From NCBI GenBank assembly GCA_051362555.1, contig CM120644.1, positions 23,024,534-23,088,533 of the forward strand: DNA of 64,000 bases, in the 5' to 3' direction. Positions 11,586 to 24,753 of this stretch are shown here, in pieces. The notes under the pieces were generated by a model, which worked only from the letters and a program-made list of their open reading frames with translations, had not been told where the DNA came from and did not search any database. The DNA is from Lingula anatina (Eukaryota; Animalia; Brachiopoda). Each line of letters opens with the position of its first letter. Position 1 is the first letter of the stretch. Made by a program: the position numbers and the translations under genes.

Positions 11586-14500
11586 TTATTCTTCGGTCTT
11601 ATTGGCCACTGTATTCCGCCTTGTAAGACGCACGGTGACACCTTTCTCCGGCTGCACTGTGCCCCTAGCTACGTGAACCAGTGGAATCTGCGTCTCAGCA
11701 CAGGTCTCAACGCTGAACTTCTTCACGAGACACGCCAAGGTCATCTTGGCCTCCATCAAAGCAAACCTCATACCAATGCAGTTTCTGGGGCCTGCCCCAA
11801 ATGGAAGCCAGGCCATAGGGTGACGCTTAGCAACCCTCTCTGCCGTGAACCTGGACAGAAGAACAACACAAAGATGACGTAGAGTTACGTCATGTCACGT
11901 GAACCATATTTACACACGACTGTTGCAGAGCATAAATATATACCTAGCTGAGTATATTGTTAAACATACAATTAAATATTTAGAGGCATGTTTTAACCAG
12001 GTATTTTATAAAAAAAAATCATGGAATTTAACATCAAGAATCTCGAAGAAAAATGAAAAATTAAAAGGGTTTTTAAAGGAACATAAAACATGAATGTAGC
12101 CAGTATGACAAGATCATGCCAACACTATATGTACAAACTTAAACAATATAAAAACAAAAATGAAATTTTCACTAAATATCATTAAGGAAAAGGTATTGTG
12201 ATAAATCTGAAACATTAAGACCTCAAGCATTTCATATATAAACTCCAAAAGATATCTTGTTATATTTCCACACCTTTATTTGAAAGCGCATTCAGAACAA
12301 GTGATTCGCAAATCAATATCATGTGGTTATCGATAGATGGCAGCACCTTACCGTTCAGGACAGAAGAGGCTGGGGTCTGGGGGTCCCCAGTGCTCGGGAT
12401 CCATGTGGATACTGCGTATGTTGCAGCGGACACTCATGCCTTTGGGAATGTGAACACCCATCACTGTGCTGGATTCCTGGGCTGTTCTCCCTGGTCCACT
12501 AGTGAAAACAGACTGGTTTATAGAAGCAGTTTGACAAAGGAGTCCATGATGAAAAGTAGCCATTTTAAAGAGACTTAACGCCTAGCTATAACTTAAAACT
12601 GTTAACTTTTATACTAATCAACAAGTACGGCGGAAGCTAGGATAGCATGGCAATTACAGAGTGCACTCTTCCAGCTGTTTTCAGCATATGAGAAAAACGG
12701 AACCTCGACCCCCCTTCAAAAAAAAAAAAAAAAAAAAAAAGTGGAGTAGGGGTTAGGTCACCTGCTAACAGCATTGTCATGCCGGTACTTAAGTAGAATT
12801 GTATTGCGAGTCCTGCAATGCATTGACCGTGCCTTTGCAATCAGACAAGCTAAATTAGATGCACTACTGTTGTCAAATAATTGCTTATCGTGGGTCACAG
12901 CTTACGATAACCGTTGCATAGTGGGGGCCTCTCTGCAACCCCACAAACGAAATTTGTGCAAAATTGTTTGAAAATAATAACTTTTGCTGACTCATCACAT
13001 CATTATTTTTAGGATGATGAGTCTCGTTTAATATTTCCTATTTAATTTTTATCCCTAAGGCCATAACATTTAATGTAGGCAACAATTTGCTACATTGTTA
13101 TTATTGTTAAAATTATTAGGATAGTGAGTTTATATAATAAAAGCGGCCTTGTTTGGCCAAATCACGAACAACCGATAGACTTTGTTGCCTTCTCTTTTGT
13201 TATAAATGGGACTATGCAAGTTTGTGGTGCACTGGGATGGAGGAGACATAAATTAATTTTGCATTAGTGAGTCCACTTACGCTGGAGCGATAGGGTGTAG
13301 TCGTAGCGATTCCTTAAGGAACATGTCCAAATACTGCATCTTACTTATGGTTTCATACGATGGAGGACCCTAAAAGAGTTTTGATATGTAATACATAGCT
13401 TTGAAACTGAGTGAATTAACATTACAGAATTGTTTCTTATCGGAGAGAAAAGGAGCAGAACATCTCTAATTACTACCATAAAATTACATCATCAACCTGA
13501 CACATTTGCGTCATGTGATCAAAACCATGCGCAACAATTGGATGATCTCGGAAATCCATCCCACTACCGCAGTTTTAATACTTTGAAACACTTTGAATAC
13601 ATACTTTTATAGGATCTTGGCGCTTAATTTTTTTAATCTTCCATTTACTTTAAAAAGTAGGTGCAAATGCGCCGCCTGAATCCAACTATTTAAATATGGA
13701 ACCACTGGTATCTGAATTTAGCAATGTATGTTGCAACACTGTTGTTTCAGTATATAATTATTTTCCTTCAAGAGACTTGTTTCCCTGCAGACACCTACCT
13801 CATCAGTGCAGTATTGGTCTACCTCCGCCTGGAGAGTTTTCTGTGCCTCTGGACTCGTTGCTAGGTGGTAGGCGGCGTAGGCCAGGGCGGTGCTGGTGGT
13901 TTCATACCCTGCGAACAAAAACAACGCACACTGCGCCCGGATCTCCTAAAGATTTAAATAAAAGTAAATAATCAGTGATTTGTCATTCATGTTCTCCCAC
14001 CAGAATTTTTCATTTAAAAACGGTTACTTAAGTTACTGCTTTTTAGTTCCAAATGCCACTTATAGACTGTAGCAGGTTCTAACATATTGTGCTACAGCGG
14101 AATTGGCTTGAATAAGTGTCAGCTAAGGTGTGTGCATAGTCGTGAAGCATGGGGTTCCTCATTCGAAACACACGCACACATACACACACGCGCACACTCA
14201 CACACGCGCGCACACACACCAAATTGTTTTTTACCCTTTCTGTGAGTTTCGCCTTTTGTGAATATCTGCTTTTGGATGACGAAGAGCCGTTCTGCTGACC
14301 CGTTTCGCCTTCCTCTTGTGTTGATATTACGTCACTGTCTGTCATCGCCTGGGGTGGAGTCGAGTCCAGGTTGTCAGTTTTGGCATCCAACATTAGCTGT
14401 AGGAGATCCACGCGTCGAGACTGAAAGTTTGTGGCATGTTTTAAACAATTGTCATTCTTTTTCAAGTCAATGAAATACTTAACATGTTTGCCCATAGGAG

Positions 14501-14645
14501 TGCACAGGTATGTGTTTATGTTTTTGAACTGCATCTGATATATGCCATCTCATCTCATTCCATGGGTTTAATATAATCAACGTTTTGGTCTTTTAAGTTT
14601 AACAAATCAAGTCTAATTTGCATCTATCTACATCAACTATAAAAT

Positions 14646-14730
<85 letters not shown>

Positions 14731-17700
14731 TTAGTCTTATATATTTTACCTTTGGATCATTTAATCTGGACTGTATCGTAGCGCTGACCAGAACGCCTAT
14801 GTCATGCCTCCTCTGTCTCATTAGATATTTGTTCAACACCTTGGCTAGACCTGTCATCGATGGAAAGATCCCTGCAAACAAAAGCATAAACAACAGATCA
14901 AATACATATTTTGTTCCTGCTGAAAAGCGTTGATGATTAGTGTAACGCAACATGCCTGGCGTGGCGCCATATTAGGTAAATCAGGTAAAAAATAAAAAAG
15001 GACAATTGATCGATTCCCTGATCCTTGGGTCTATATCTAGCGTTTAAAGCCCAAATTGTTAACGAATCAAATGGACACTGTGACGTTACAGCCATGCAGT
15101 AGTACTAGATGACCTTGACACCACGTGATCATACCGGAAATAAAGAAGGGCCCCATCCTCACCAGTGACCCGGAGAACACTTTACGACATGCTGCCAGAA
15201 ATGGTGACGTTTTATCTCGCACTGAGTTCAGCTCGAGACCAAAACCACACGAGCCGATGACTTCCATGGTGAGGCCTTGGAATTCACTGAAACAGCAAAA
15301 ATATTGAACAGCCTGAAATTACAACCAGCTTTAGACTTTAGACGCCGGTTATTATTTTCTTTTAAAAGACAATGAGAGAGAGAGATGATTTACAGATGAT
15401 TAGAGTTCAATTAAAGTACTACGAGCACAGGCCTACCCAACCATCAGACTCGGCAGCGAATGATCCTAAATTCGCCGGAAGATCGAATCACACTACCCGT
15501 TTTCAAAGTGTGCTTCAGTACGGGCTTCGAAGTATCAGTCGCTCTTGCCTGGTACACGATGTGATAGCGATGACTATGAGCAGGATTGGTAGCGCATCTC
15601 ATCTCAAAATTTGTTCCGGGGTATGATACTGTGAAATGCATACTGAATTCGGGATCGTTCGGTGCCGAGTCTGGTAATTGGGTAGACCTGGGGTATATCG
15701 CACGGTTTTGAGTGAGATCCCATGTGACATCTAATTTTCAGTTCTTGAATATTCAGTCGATCAAACAGGATTTCGACAATACCTACTTATGTATATTAAA
15801 TGGCTTTCCTTCCTCGCAACGTTTTTCCATCGCTTCCATCAGGCTGTTCACCGAATCCTGGATCAGTGGCGCCATCTGCCATGAAATGCAGTTACACATG
15901 TTACTTACAACAGTATGTAAATAAAAGAAAATCGTGTTTTCCCCTAAAAAGTTGTCATTAGCGATTTCCTGGCACTAGTATATAAAAAGAAGGATTTTTT
16001 TTACATTTTTTTTTATTTTCATTTGTTAATGTTTATTTTCTAATCTGTGTCATTGGCGTTACTGTTTACAAAGTGGATACATATGTTTCTGTTTGTCTCT
16101 TGTGGCCTTTCTTTGTCTGGAAAATAAACCACTGTCTTTACGGATGCTACCTTTGAGACATAACCCTTAAATCACACTATTGACCTCAATTACCCACTGG
16201 AAATACTTTTATCTCAACACGTTAAGTGTCTTTCTGGACGATTTACTTCCCACGATCAAATGTACCCTTACTTGTTTCATTTTAAGAGACGAGAAGGTCG
16301 GGTTGCTGATTACACGCAATCGCTTCCACCGTTTTCCTTTGGCAAAAAGCATGTCCGTTTCTTCGTCTTCTGCATCTATAGATTCAGGAATCTAAAAATT
16401 TACCAAAGTGTTTCATTTGTAATGCACAGTTGGGTGACATATGTAAAAAAAAATCAGCGTGCAACGTTTTAATAACATTCAATTACTCTAAGATGTGTAA
16501 TTATTCTTATATGCGATCAACTAATCAAAAATGAAAGCACGATTGTTATATGATGTGAGCAGCATATTTGGTTAATTTTTTATGATGATAATGCCACTAA
16601 TAAAATGTGAAGGATTAGCAAAAAATTTACTTACTGCTCTATGGTGAAATTTACTGAACTGTTTGACAAAGACTTCTTGCAGAAAATCGAGATCCGAAGT
16701 CACTATACTGGGAGAATTGATGAAGAAGACCCTAAAATAAATACAAGACCATGTGACATTATACACGTGGTTCGGTGGTGATCCATCTACGTATCTGGCT
16801 AAATAATGGCTATCACAATTGCCTGCTGATCAGTTTCTTAATCGCAGAGTTTTGGGGTCTTTCACTGCCGTCGGGTGTTTTTCATTTATTAACTTTACTA
16901 CGTTTTTATCGGTCCGTTTTCGAAATATGCCTAAATAAATTAGTGAATCAAAAAGTGAGTGTTTTTTTCAAACATCGACGAAAGAACTGAACGCTACATG
17001 ATACACTTTAAACTACTTGTCAATACGCGTCACTCCTGGTGAGCCGATGACATCGCTGGATTTCATAACAAATACATTGACATATTATGTGTATAAATAA
17101 AGAGCATTTTGAATACGTACCCAAACGTTTTTCCATACAACTGTTCCCATTTCTTGTATGCCATCCAAACCGGCTGGGACTAGATGGAAATTAAAGTGCA
17201 CTGAACCATTTGCTGCATTTTGTTGTTCACAATTTGGGATCCAAAATTCTGACTAATTTTACAAACTCTGGATCTTAATTGAACTAGGCTTTTGCCTTTA
17301 AAGATGGCCACCCCAAATTTTAATTTTGTTCTTACGTCTAACCTTTGATAAAAAAAAATAAGAACCCTATTTATAATTGTAGTCACAGCTTGTTGCATCC
17401 TATACGCCGTGTCATCTGGCGACCAAGTACACAATAAGTATTTGTTCAGAATAAAAGTTATCGTACCAACAGGATAGATCTATCTCAGCGCGCGGGAACT
17501 CTTGCTAATTAAGGCACGGTCAATGTAATCAGCTTAAATGTCTGGCACGCCCCCTTGTAACTTAAGGTACTTGGGTGAAGGCGTTGGGAAAACTTTATGA
17601 TTCACGATGTTGTTCATGTTGCTTTGAAAGGGTGCGTGTAACTGGCTATTATTTATTAAACTATGTTAATGGCAAATACAGGGCATATTAATAAATGAAA

Positions 17701-18104
17701 TTTTTTTAAAATGAAAACCCACCCTTATTTCTGTGAGATTTCCGAATATGAGGCTTGGCGGAGGACCGTTGATTCCCAACTTCTTGAACACACGGAAACT
17801 GTCTATCCTCTGCCTAAATGAAAAGAATACGGATTGTTAATTTAAGTAAGACATGTATTGCAAAACAACAACAACAACAACAATAATAAAAATAATAATA
17901 ATAATGATAATAATAATAATATTTTTTTCAATTCTACTGTGAAGGCACACCCTGGCTTACTGATGTTATCTCCAAAATGTCATTTTATAAGTAAGAAGGT
18001 ATCCAAACTACATTAATATTTGATAGTGATATACAGTAATATTGTACGCACCACAACCATACTGACGCCAGGATGACGATAACAGCAACCAAATACATCC
18101 ACAT
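11586..18104 (-). CDS. Cytochrome P450, CYP3 clan (CYP3A/thromboxane-synthase-like), ~13 coding exons
   Basis: Membrane anchor [17 protein letters not shown] from the ATG at 18104; proline hinge [14 protein letters not shown] (~17725-17813); I-helix FLFAGYETT (~13799-13945); K-helix LKESLRLHP (~13281-13359); PER|F across the 12351/11850 junction; heme motif [14 protein letters not shown] boundaries seen for the exons. Confidence 0.93.
14649..14728. repeat. (TA)n microsatellite; others at ~56627-56693, ~59848-59902 and ~61817-61902
   Basis: Pure dinucleotide runs. Confidence 0.97.
15428..15690. mobile_element. MITE in a CYP intron
   Basis: Terminal inverted repeats CAGGCCTACCCAA..A.CAGACTCGGCA.CGAA.GATCC / GGATCGTTCGGTGCCGAGTCTGGTAATTGGGTAGACCTG. 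A lone left end of the same family recurs at ~32296. Confidence 0.75.
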
Positions 18105-19301
18105 TGTGAGTAGTCTGAAAATAAATAACAGTTAAATTTTAAATCGGTTACAAATACATTGAACCTATTTTCCATCTGTCAGCCAGTGTGTTTCCGGTCT
18201 ACTGACATTTGGTCTATAAATATGCTGGTAATCTAGTATGCTTCAAACTTGACTGTGACTGGACAATAAACTCTAAATTATTTTTCTTTTTTTTCCTATT
18301 GTTCTCTATCCTCCAACCGGATTCTCAGGCTTATTCTGCCAGAGCTGAACTAATATGCTCTAAATAATAATAATAATAATAATAATGTGGCCTAACCGTA
18401 TGACATATTCATAACATAACATAATATCCATATAATATAGAGCAGTATACAATAGCTCAATGTCTCAAATGCGTTTGTTTTGTGAAGCAGTCTAACCTTC
18501 GCTAGATCTAAATAAAAAAGCTTAACTAATTAGAGTACGTCACAATGAACTAAAAGTCATCATTAATACGTGTACAAGTATAATGTTAATCCATAAACAG
18601 CAGTTGTCTCACATACCTGTTTTTTTTTTTTTCTTCGACCAGTTTATTGACTCGTGTAATTGTGATAACTAAAACGCCGTACTGAGCAAACCAGTTTTAT
18701 ATGCGTTGCTTGTTTATTGCACCCTACAGAAGGGCACAAAGTAGGACGCCAACTTTAATTCTCGTGCCAGGGCAGAAAATGGGACGCACTGGTAATAGTA
18801 TTTAAAGTGCCCAGCGGGTACGAGATACACAACAGTGTGCGTCATTCTGAAACGACACATTATATGAATAATCCATGAGCCAAAACGTCCACACACCTGA
18901 CAACAACATTACATGAGTGGACACATCCCGCTGTCTGTCTCCAAAATGCGTCCCTTTACGTCTGATATTAGATAAGATATTGAATGTATAGCTAAGTATA
19001 TTGGGGGTAATGATGAAATACAGACAGCAGGGAGAAAGACGGACATGTTACTACCTGTGGTGCTGGGAGGATTATTCTCTAGTTTGAATGCGTCTCCAGT
19101 TGAAAAAAAAAGAAATGTCTATATAAACTGTAGGGCTGACGTAAATAGGGGATTAGCTGTAGATGCTTCGTTGTTATAAAACACTGTTGTTGTTTTGGGG
19201 TGGTGGGGTGGGGGGTGAAAGGGGGTTATACCGGGGCACATGTGTGAGGCCTATTTGCATTTTTATTTTGATTAATGAATTTAACTCTGCTTAATCGCAG
19301 A

Positions 19302-19346
<45 letters not shown>

Positions 19347-19691
19347 AAAGTATAGAATTCGTATTGCATCAATGAATGTTTCATTACTGTTTTATCTTTA
19401 TAAAGACGGCGCACGCTAAGCTTTCCAATGCCTCGAGTGACACATGTCATCCACAGCTGTTGTGACGGCTAAATTATTGCAGAGTAAAATGAAGGTAATG
19501 GCACTCAACGCATGAATTACTACACTTATCTCAGCTTTGAAAACCTTCGTAAATCGTGTAAATATATATTCCTCCATATTAGACAGGGGTATGTGGTCGA
19601 AATAACCGCATTTCTGGTCGGGAGGCTATTACTAATATATTGGTGGCTCTGAATAACAATTTCATCAAGGTTACTGGTATGTTGATAAGCA

Positions 19692-20067
19692 AATGTCCAC
19701 TTTTTTTCTGAAATCGTGGTTGCAGTGGGAGAGGAGTAAGGGGGTAGGTAGGTAGGGGGGGTAGCTGGGTAGTACACAGCGTGTCTATGTATTAAGCACG
19801 AATGCAGTGTATTTCTGAAATTACTGGCTACAAGCCTGTGTTAGAAGGTAACTATTGCCCCTGATTACTGATATATTTCATAAAACACGCGATCTTGATG
19901 ACAAAGTCCACTCCTTAACCACTTGCACCCCGTGACAAAATATCATGATTTCATCAGAACAATGGGTCACTGGAAATGTACGCCCGTTCTAAAAATATCA
20001 CACGCCGTCCTAGTTTTTGACCGCGCTGCTCCGGGACGCAGTTTATAAACGGTGCCTTGTTTATAAT
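19692..20067 (+). repeat. Dispersed repeat, copy 2 (see 9276-9690)
   Basis: Collinear similarity to 9276-9690. Confidence 0.85.
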
Positions 20068-20490
20068 TATCTCCCTGACACGGACGATGTAAACAACAGG
20101 ATACGTACTAGCGCCATCTAGGCATTACTTATGACTAAAAATGATTTGACTTAAAATACCACTGGGCGTCCTTGTTTTTGACAGCAAGGACCCGGACACC
20201 CGCTTGTAAACATGTAATTAAACTTTATCGCCCGACCACGCACTTGTACGGCGTAACGTGACAGAGAGTCACCCATAACAGAGAAACCGCTACCCATTCA
20301 TCTGTATAGGTGAATCTCGCCCTAGATTTTGACCCACTTAATTCAGACCAGGGGATTATATCCGATATAATTCCCTGTTCAGACTAACCCTAACCATTAT
20401 AACTACATGGACGGCGGACTTTCTGTTACAAGGACCCTCAGTTTCGTTACACCGGTACAATTTAACGGTAGATAATGCCAATAAGTCAAC

Positions 20491-20530
<40 letters not shown>

Positions 20531-21444
20531 TGTGTGTGTGTGGAAAGCTGGGGGGGGGGGAGGGACAGCAATAAGGTCTGTGTGTTAAGGGGGGGGGGAC
20601 GATGTGCTCTTGGTTACCGCCCCAATCACTCACTTATATATGCTGTACTGGGAGTGACAATAGCCGGACCAGGGTGCGGCACAGCTGGTAAGTGCCTGCC
20701 CTTTTACATCTCATTTATACCTTGTGTCCCTATAGAAAAATAAATAAACAATGAATACCTGACTGAATAAATAAATAAATAAATAAATAAATAATAAGTA
20801 TTGGGAACGTCGCCAGACAAAACCGAGTGGTTCAAATTCTCTTTATCCTGCTAATTATGGTGAAACTTTTTTCTCTGTTTTCTATTCCACATCTGACGCT
20901 TCGCCAATGAAAAAAAAAAACTGCAATGGATTTATATTTGGCATTTCTGTGCGATATATATATATCACGCACAGAGGTAATATTTATATTGTATTCATAT
21001 TTTATCATTTACATGGTATCAGTGCGTGTATTTCAGCAGCACACGCTGACACAAATGCTACGGAATAGTATTAATAATAGTAACCGTGACGTTATTGTTG
21101 AATTGGCTCTCCGATGACACATGGCACGTAGCTGATCCAGATGATCACTAGACTATTATAGGTGGGAACTTCAGCAGCTGTGTCCATCCTCACCTAATGC
21201 ACGCAGACCTATTTATAAATACACGGGTGACGTTAAACTACGCGTGTACTGAAATAGTATTACTAAATGTCATTATTTCAAACCCCTCACCTTCCGTTTT
21301 CCGTTTTTTAAATATAGGTCTAGAATCAAAGTTACAATAAAACTATTACTTTTATCAGACAGCTGCAGCTAATATAAATGGATTATCACTCCAATATTCA
21401 TCTGAGATTAGCGCTATAGATTTTATAACCCCTTCTACAGGGTA

Positions 21445-21487
<43 letters not shown>

Positions 21488-22198
21488 TATTTTGAATAAC
21501 CATTATTTTAGCTGTTAGTGATTCACAGCCGGTGAAATAATTATTTACTATGTTTATACACTTGTTGCTCAGAGAAGTGCCTTTCTGTCTAATAACGAAG
21601 TGCCAAGCGCAGTATCGTGGAGGGGGTCACGTTTTGTGGCTTAAAGACCCCAAAGTGTTTACACTACCCCAAAATACACCCGATAGGATGTGCCCCCGGT
21701 CGCTGTGCAGTAAGGTCCGTCCAAAATCGTGCTAACATCATAATAAAAGTTTCACTTTTTCTCTGTTTTCATTAAAGGAAGTATGCCGTATAATAAATAG
21801 TGATCGACCTCCGCCTAAAAACTCCGTAAATAATTTCATTATACTATATTTACTGTTTAAAGGCAGTTTGTTAAACAAGGAATAATTGGAGTAAATCAGG
21901 TATTACCGGTATATTGTCAATACAGCAGATCCTTTTAAGTGAAAAGGAGAAAAATGAAATATAATAATGTGTAACGTCGCTGGCCTATAATTATGTGCAA
22001 TAAAAATATGGCAGCGTTGGGCTGGTCCGTTTAAAATTCATCAAAAAATAATTATAAGAGACGGTCTCGCTCGGGAAAGAGGAGCTTTGTGTGAACGCGC
22101 CATAAGGTTTAATATTATCTGGGACACCCCCTCGTCATCACGACGTTCACAGCACATTAACGTCAGTCCACATTAAGAGACAAGACGCCCAAAGAGAG

Positions 22199-24703
22199 AT
22201 GCTGAAAGACACCAACGGCATTACAATTCTTTTAGCATTTTTGATCGCTGTGAATAATGTACGGGTAGAATGTGCCCCAGCGTCGCCCTTGATATTTACG
22301 AAGACTATCCGTATGCCAGAGGCGATCTCGGATCAGGTAAGCTGTTTAAACAATCATGTTATGTATTAATATGCTAGGATATGTGCTAGCGCCATTTATA
22401 TGTCGCTTTTGACTAAATAAAGGCGTCCAGTGGACAAGGAAACGTCTTAAAGGGATAATACAGGTAACTCTTCGTTTTGGCCAAAAAATTAATTTTCCTG
22501 GAGTAAACAACAACTTTTCCCATGCTTACCAATGGTTAATGAATCCATTTTTACATTCAAAGTCAGTCCCTGTTTTTTTTTTCTAAAAAAGTTTTTTTTT
22601 TTTTTTGTTATTATCTCTTAAGAGATTATAACAGAGTATACCCATCAATGGAGGTCACGTGGTCTAAAGACAAGCTCAGATATCAGAATAACAGCTATAA
22701 CTGCCGTTTTTGTGGTACAATAGAATATATCATATTTCTATGAGTTGTTCACAATGTTTTTATTGTGAAATATAGATCTCATACGAAGAGTTATTATCCC
22801 TTTAAGTTAGTCAGTTTGGTTGTTAAACATCAATCCTTATGAACCTGTTTATGTTTTTATAAATATAATTTAATAAACAAGTGTTTCTTTTTCTTTCCAT
22901 TAGTTTTACAGCCTTGAATATAACTAACTCTAGTGATCTGATTAAAACAAAAATCATGGAATTAATTAAACAAAAATACATTTTTCTTTAAAATACATCA
23001 TTTATATAGGCCTTGCGATGTGGTTTTAGTGTTTTCTTCTACAAGATTAATTAAACCATTTTCATTGCAGCCAGATGCCTTAGTGTGCCATGCAGTGAAG
23101 TTAGACGACACTGAGCCCTCGTACATATGTGAGTGGTGGTTTTCTTACTCACAAATGTAGAACTCGGTGGATGGAATGAAATTGTCCTGATAAAAAGGGA
23201 ATAGAAATTTAAGTCTACAGAAATGTCTGCTTTGATATTAATGTTCATGACAACCACTACCGCAAGACCTCTTTCGTTTCCCGAAATTTGATCTGTTGGA
23301 ATGGTTATACCCGGTGTATGGACCTAATTTACTACTATTTTAATGTCATACTGTACTGTGCAACCCTGTAATATAAACTATAACTGCGCTTCACTATACT
23401 ATATAAACTATACTCTCGGATAAATGTTTTTTTTTTTTCACATGAAGATCTGTTAATTGATATTGCATGGTAACCTGTAACTCTTCCCATTTCAGTGCAG
23501 TATGAACCCCATGCGTCCAAAGCTATCACCCATCACATGATGCTGTACGGCTGTGGAACGCCCGGTGACACGCAGCCTTTCTGGTTAGCTACATTTTACT
23601 ATCCACAGTCATTGTTCGTATTCACAACCCAGGCCCGTAGCCAGGGAGGTTTGGGGGTTTCGAAAGAACCGCCCCTTTTGCTGGGAAAAGGTCCACTCTG
23701 GGTAAAATTTGATCTAGGTACATGAAATTTTTATGTGAAAAGGTCCACTTTTTCAGAAAAAGAACCCCCCTTTTGAAATTGCTGGCTACGGACCTGCAAC
23801 CAGTCTTAACTTGCGGACTAACAGATCCGCCGACCAGCTCGAAACCTTAACGATTTATCCCCACCTGTAATTTATTCAGTGTCTTTTAGGTGCACATGCG
23901 CCGCGTTTTTAAGCGCCTCGGCCATATTTGTTCCGCGGATATGTTAGTCCGATGATCATCTAACTCTGAATGTGCCCATAGTCGTCTGAAATTAAAAAAA
24001 AAAAAATGCGGCAACATCATATTATACGCCCTTTATTCAACAGGGGTAAATATAGTTTGGTTCATATGTGGAAATGGTATTGTCAGTTAGTTTCTGGTTT
24101 GGACATATATTTACATTTGTGTCAGAAGCGCGGCATTGATCGAGTCATACTCACTAGAAACATTTTTAAGTGAAACTGAAGTCCATGTATAAGACATTAA
24201 GAAAATATATTTAGTGAGGTATAAGATGTGTCCAGTCGTAAAACATGTACGGCTATTCAAATCTCTTGATTTAAGTCAACTCTCGCACTGTCTCCCAGGA
24301 ACTGTGGCGAGATGAACGACCACTCGGACCAATCAGTGTGCAAGGACGGCATGCGGGAAATTGTCTACGCATGGGCACTGGACGCTCCCGCCAAACGCCT
24401 GCCTAAAGGTAACAGTTCACGTTAGACCGCGTAAGATAACTCTATATCAGATATTATCCTTTTTTGTTTTGCTATCAAATAATTCCCCTTTTCTGTTAAT
24501 TTTTTGTCTTAACTATGGTTTTACATCTTTTTTTTTAAAGACATTTTATAGTTGAAGCTGTTTTAATTGTGCAGTTTGAAAGACTGCCTTTTAATTTGAA
24601 GTTTTAACTATGATTTTACAGCTTGTTTTTAATACTTTGATATTTTAGCATTTCATCAATGTAAAGTTTACCGAACTTTTAAGAATTTAAGACTTTAAAT
24701 GAA

Positions 24704-24753
<50 letters not shown>

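Noticed and set aside
11586-18104. Assigning TBXAS1 or a specific CYP3A symbol
   Set aside because: Needs a phylogeny; the intact AGYETT argues against thromboxane synthase.
20640-20796. Possible SINE/LINE 3' end with a (TAAA)n tail
   Set aside because: No TSD, Pol III boxes or second copy visible in the window.
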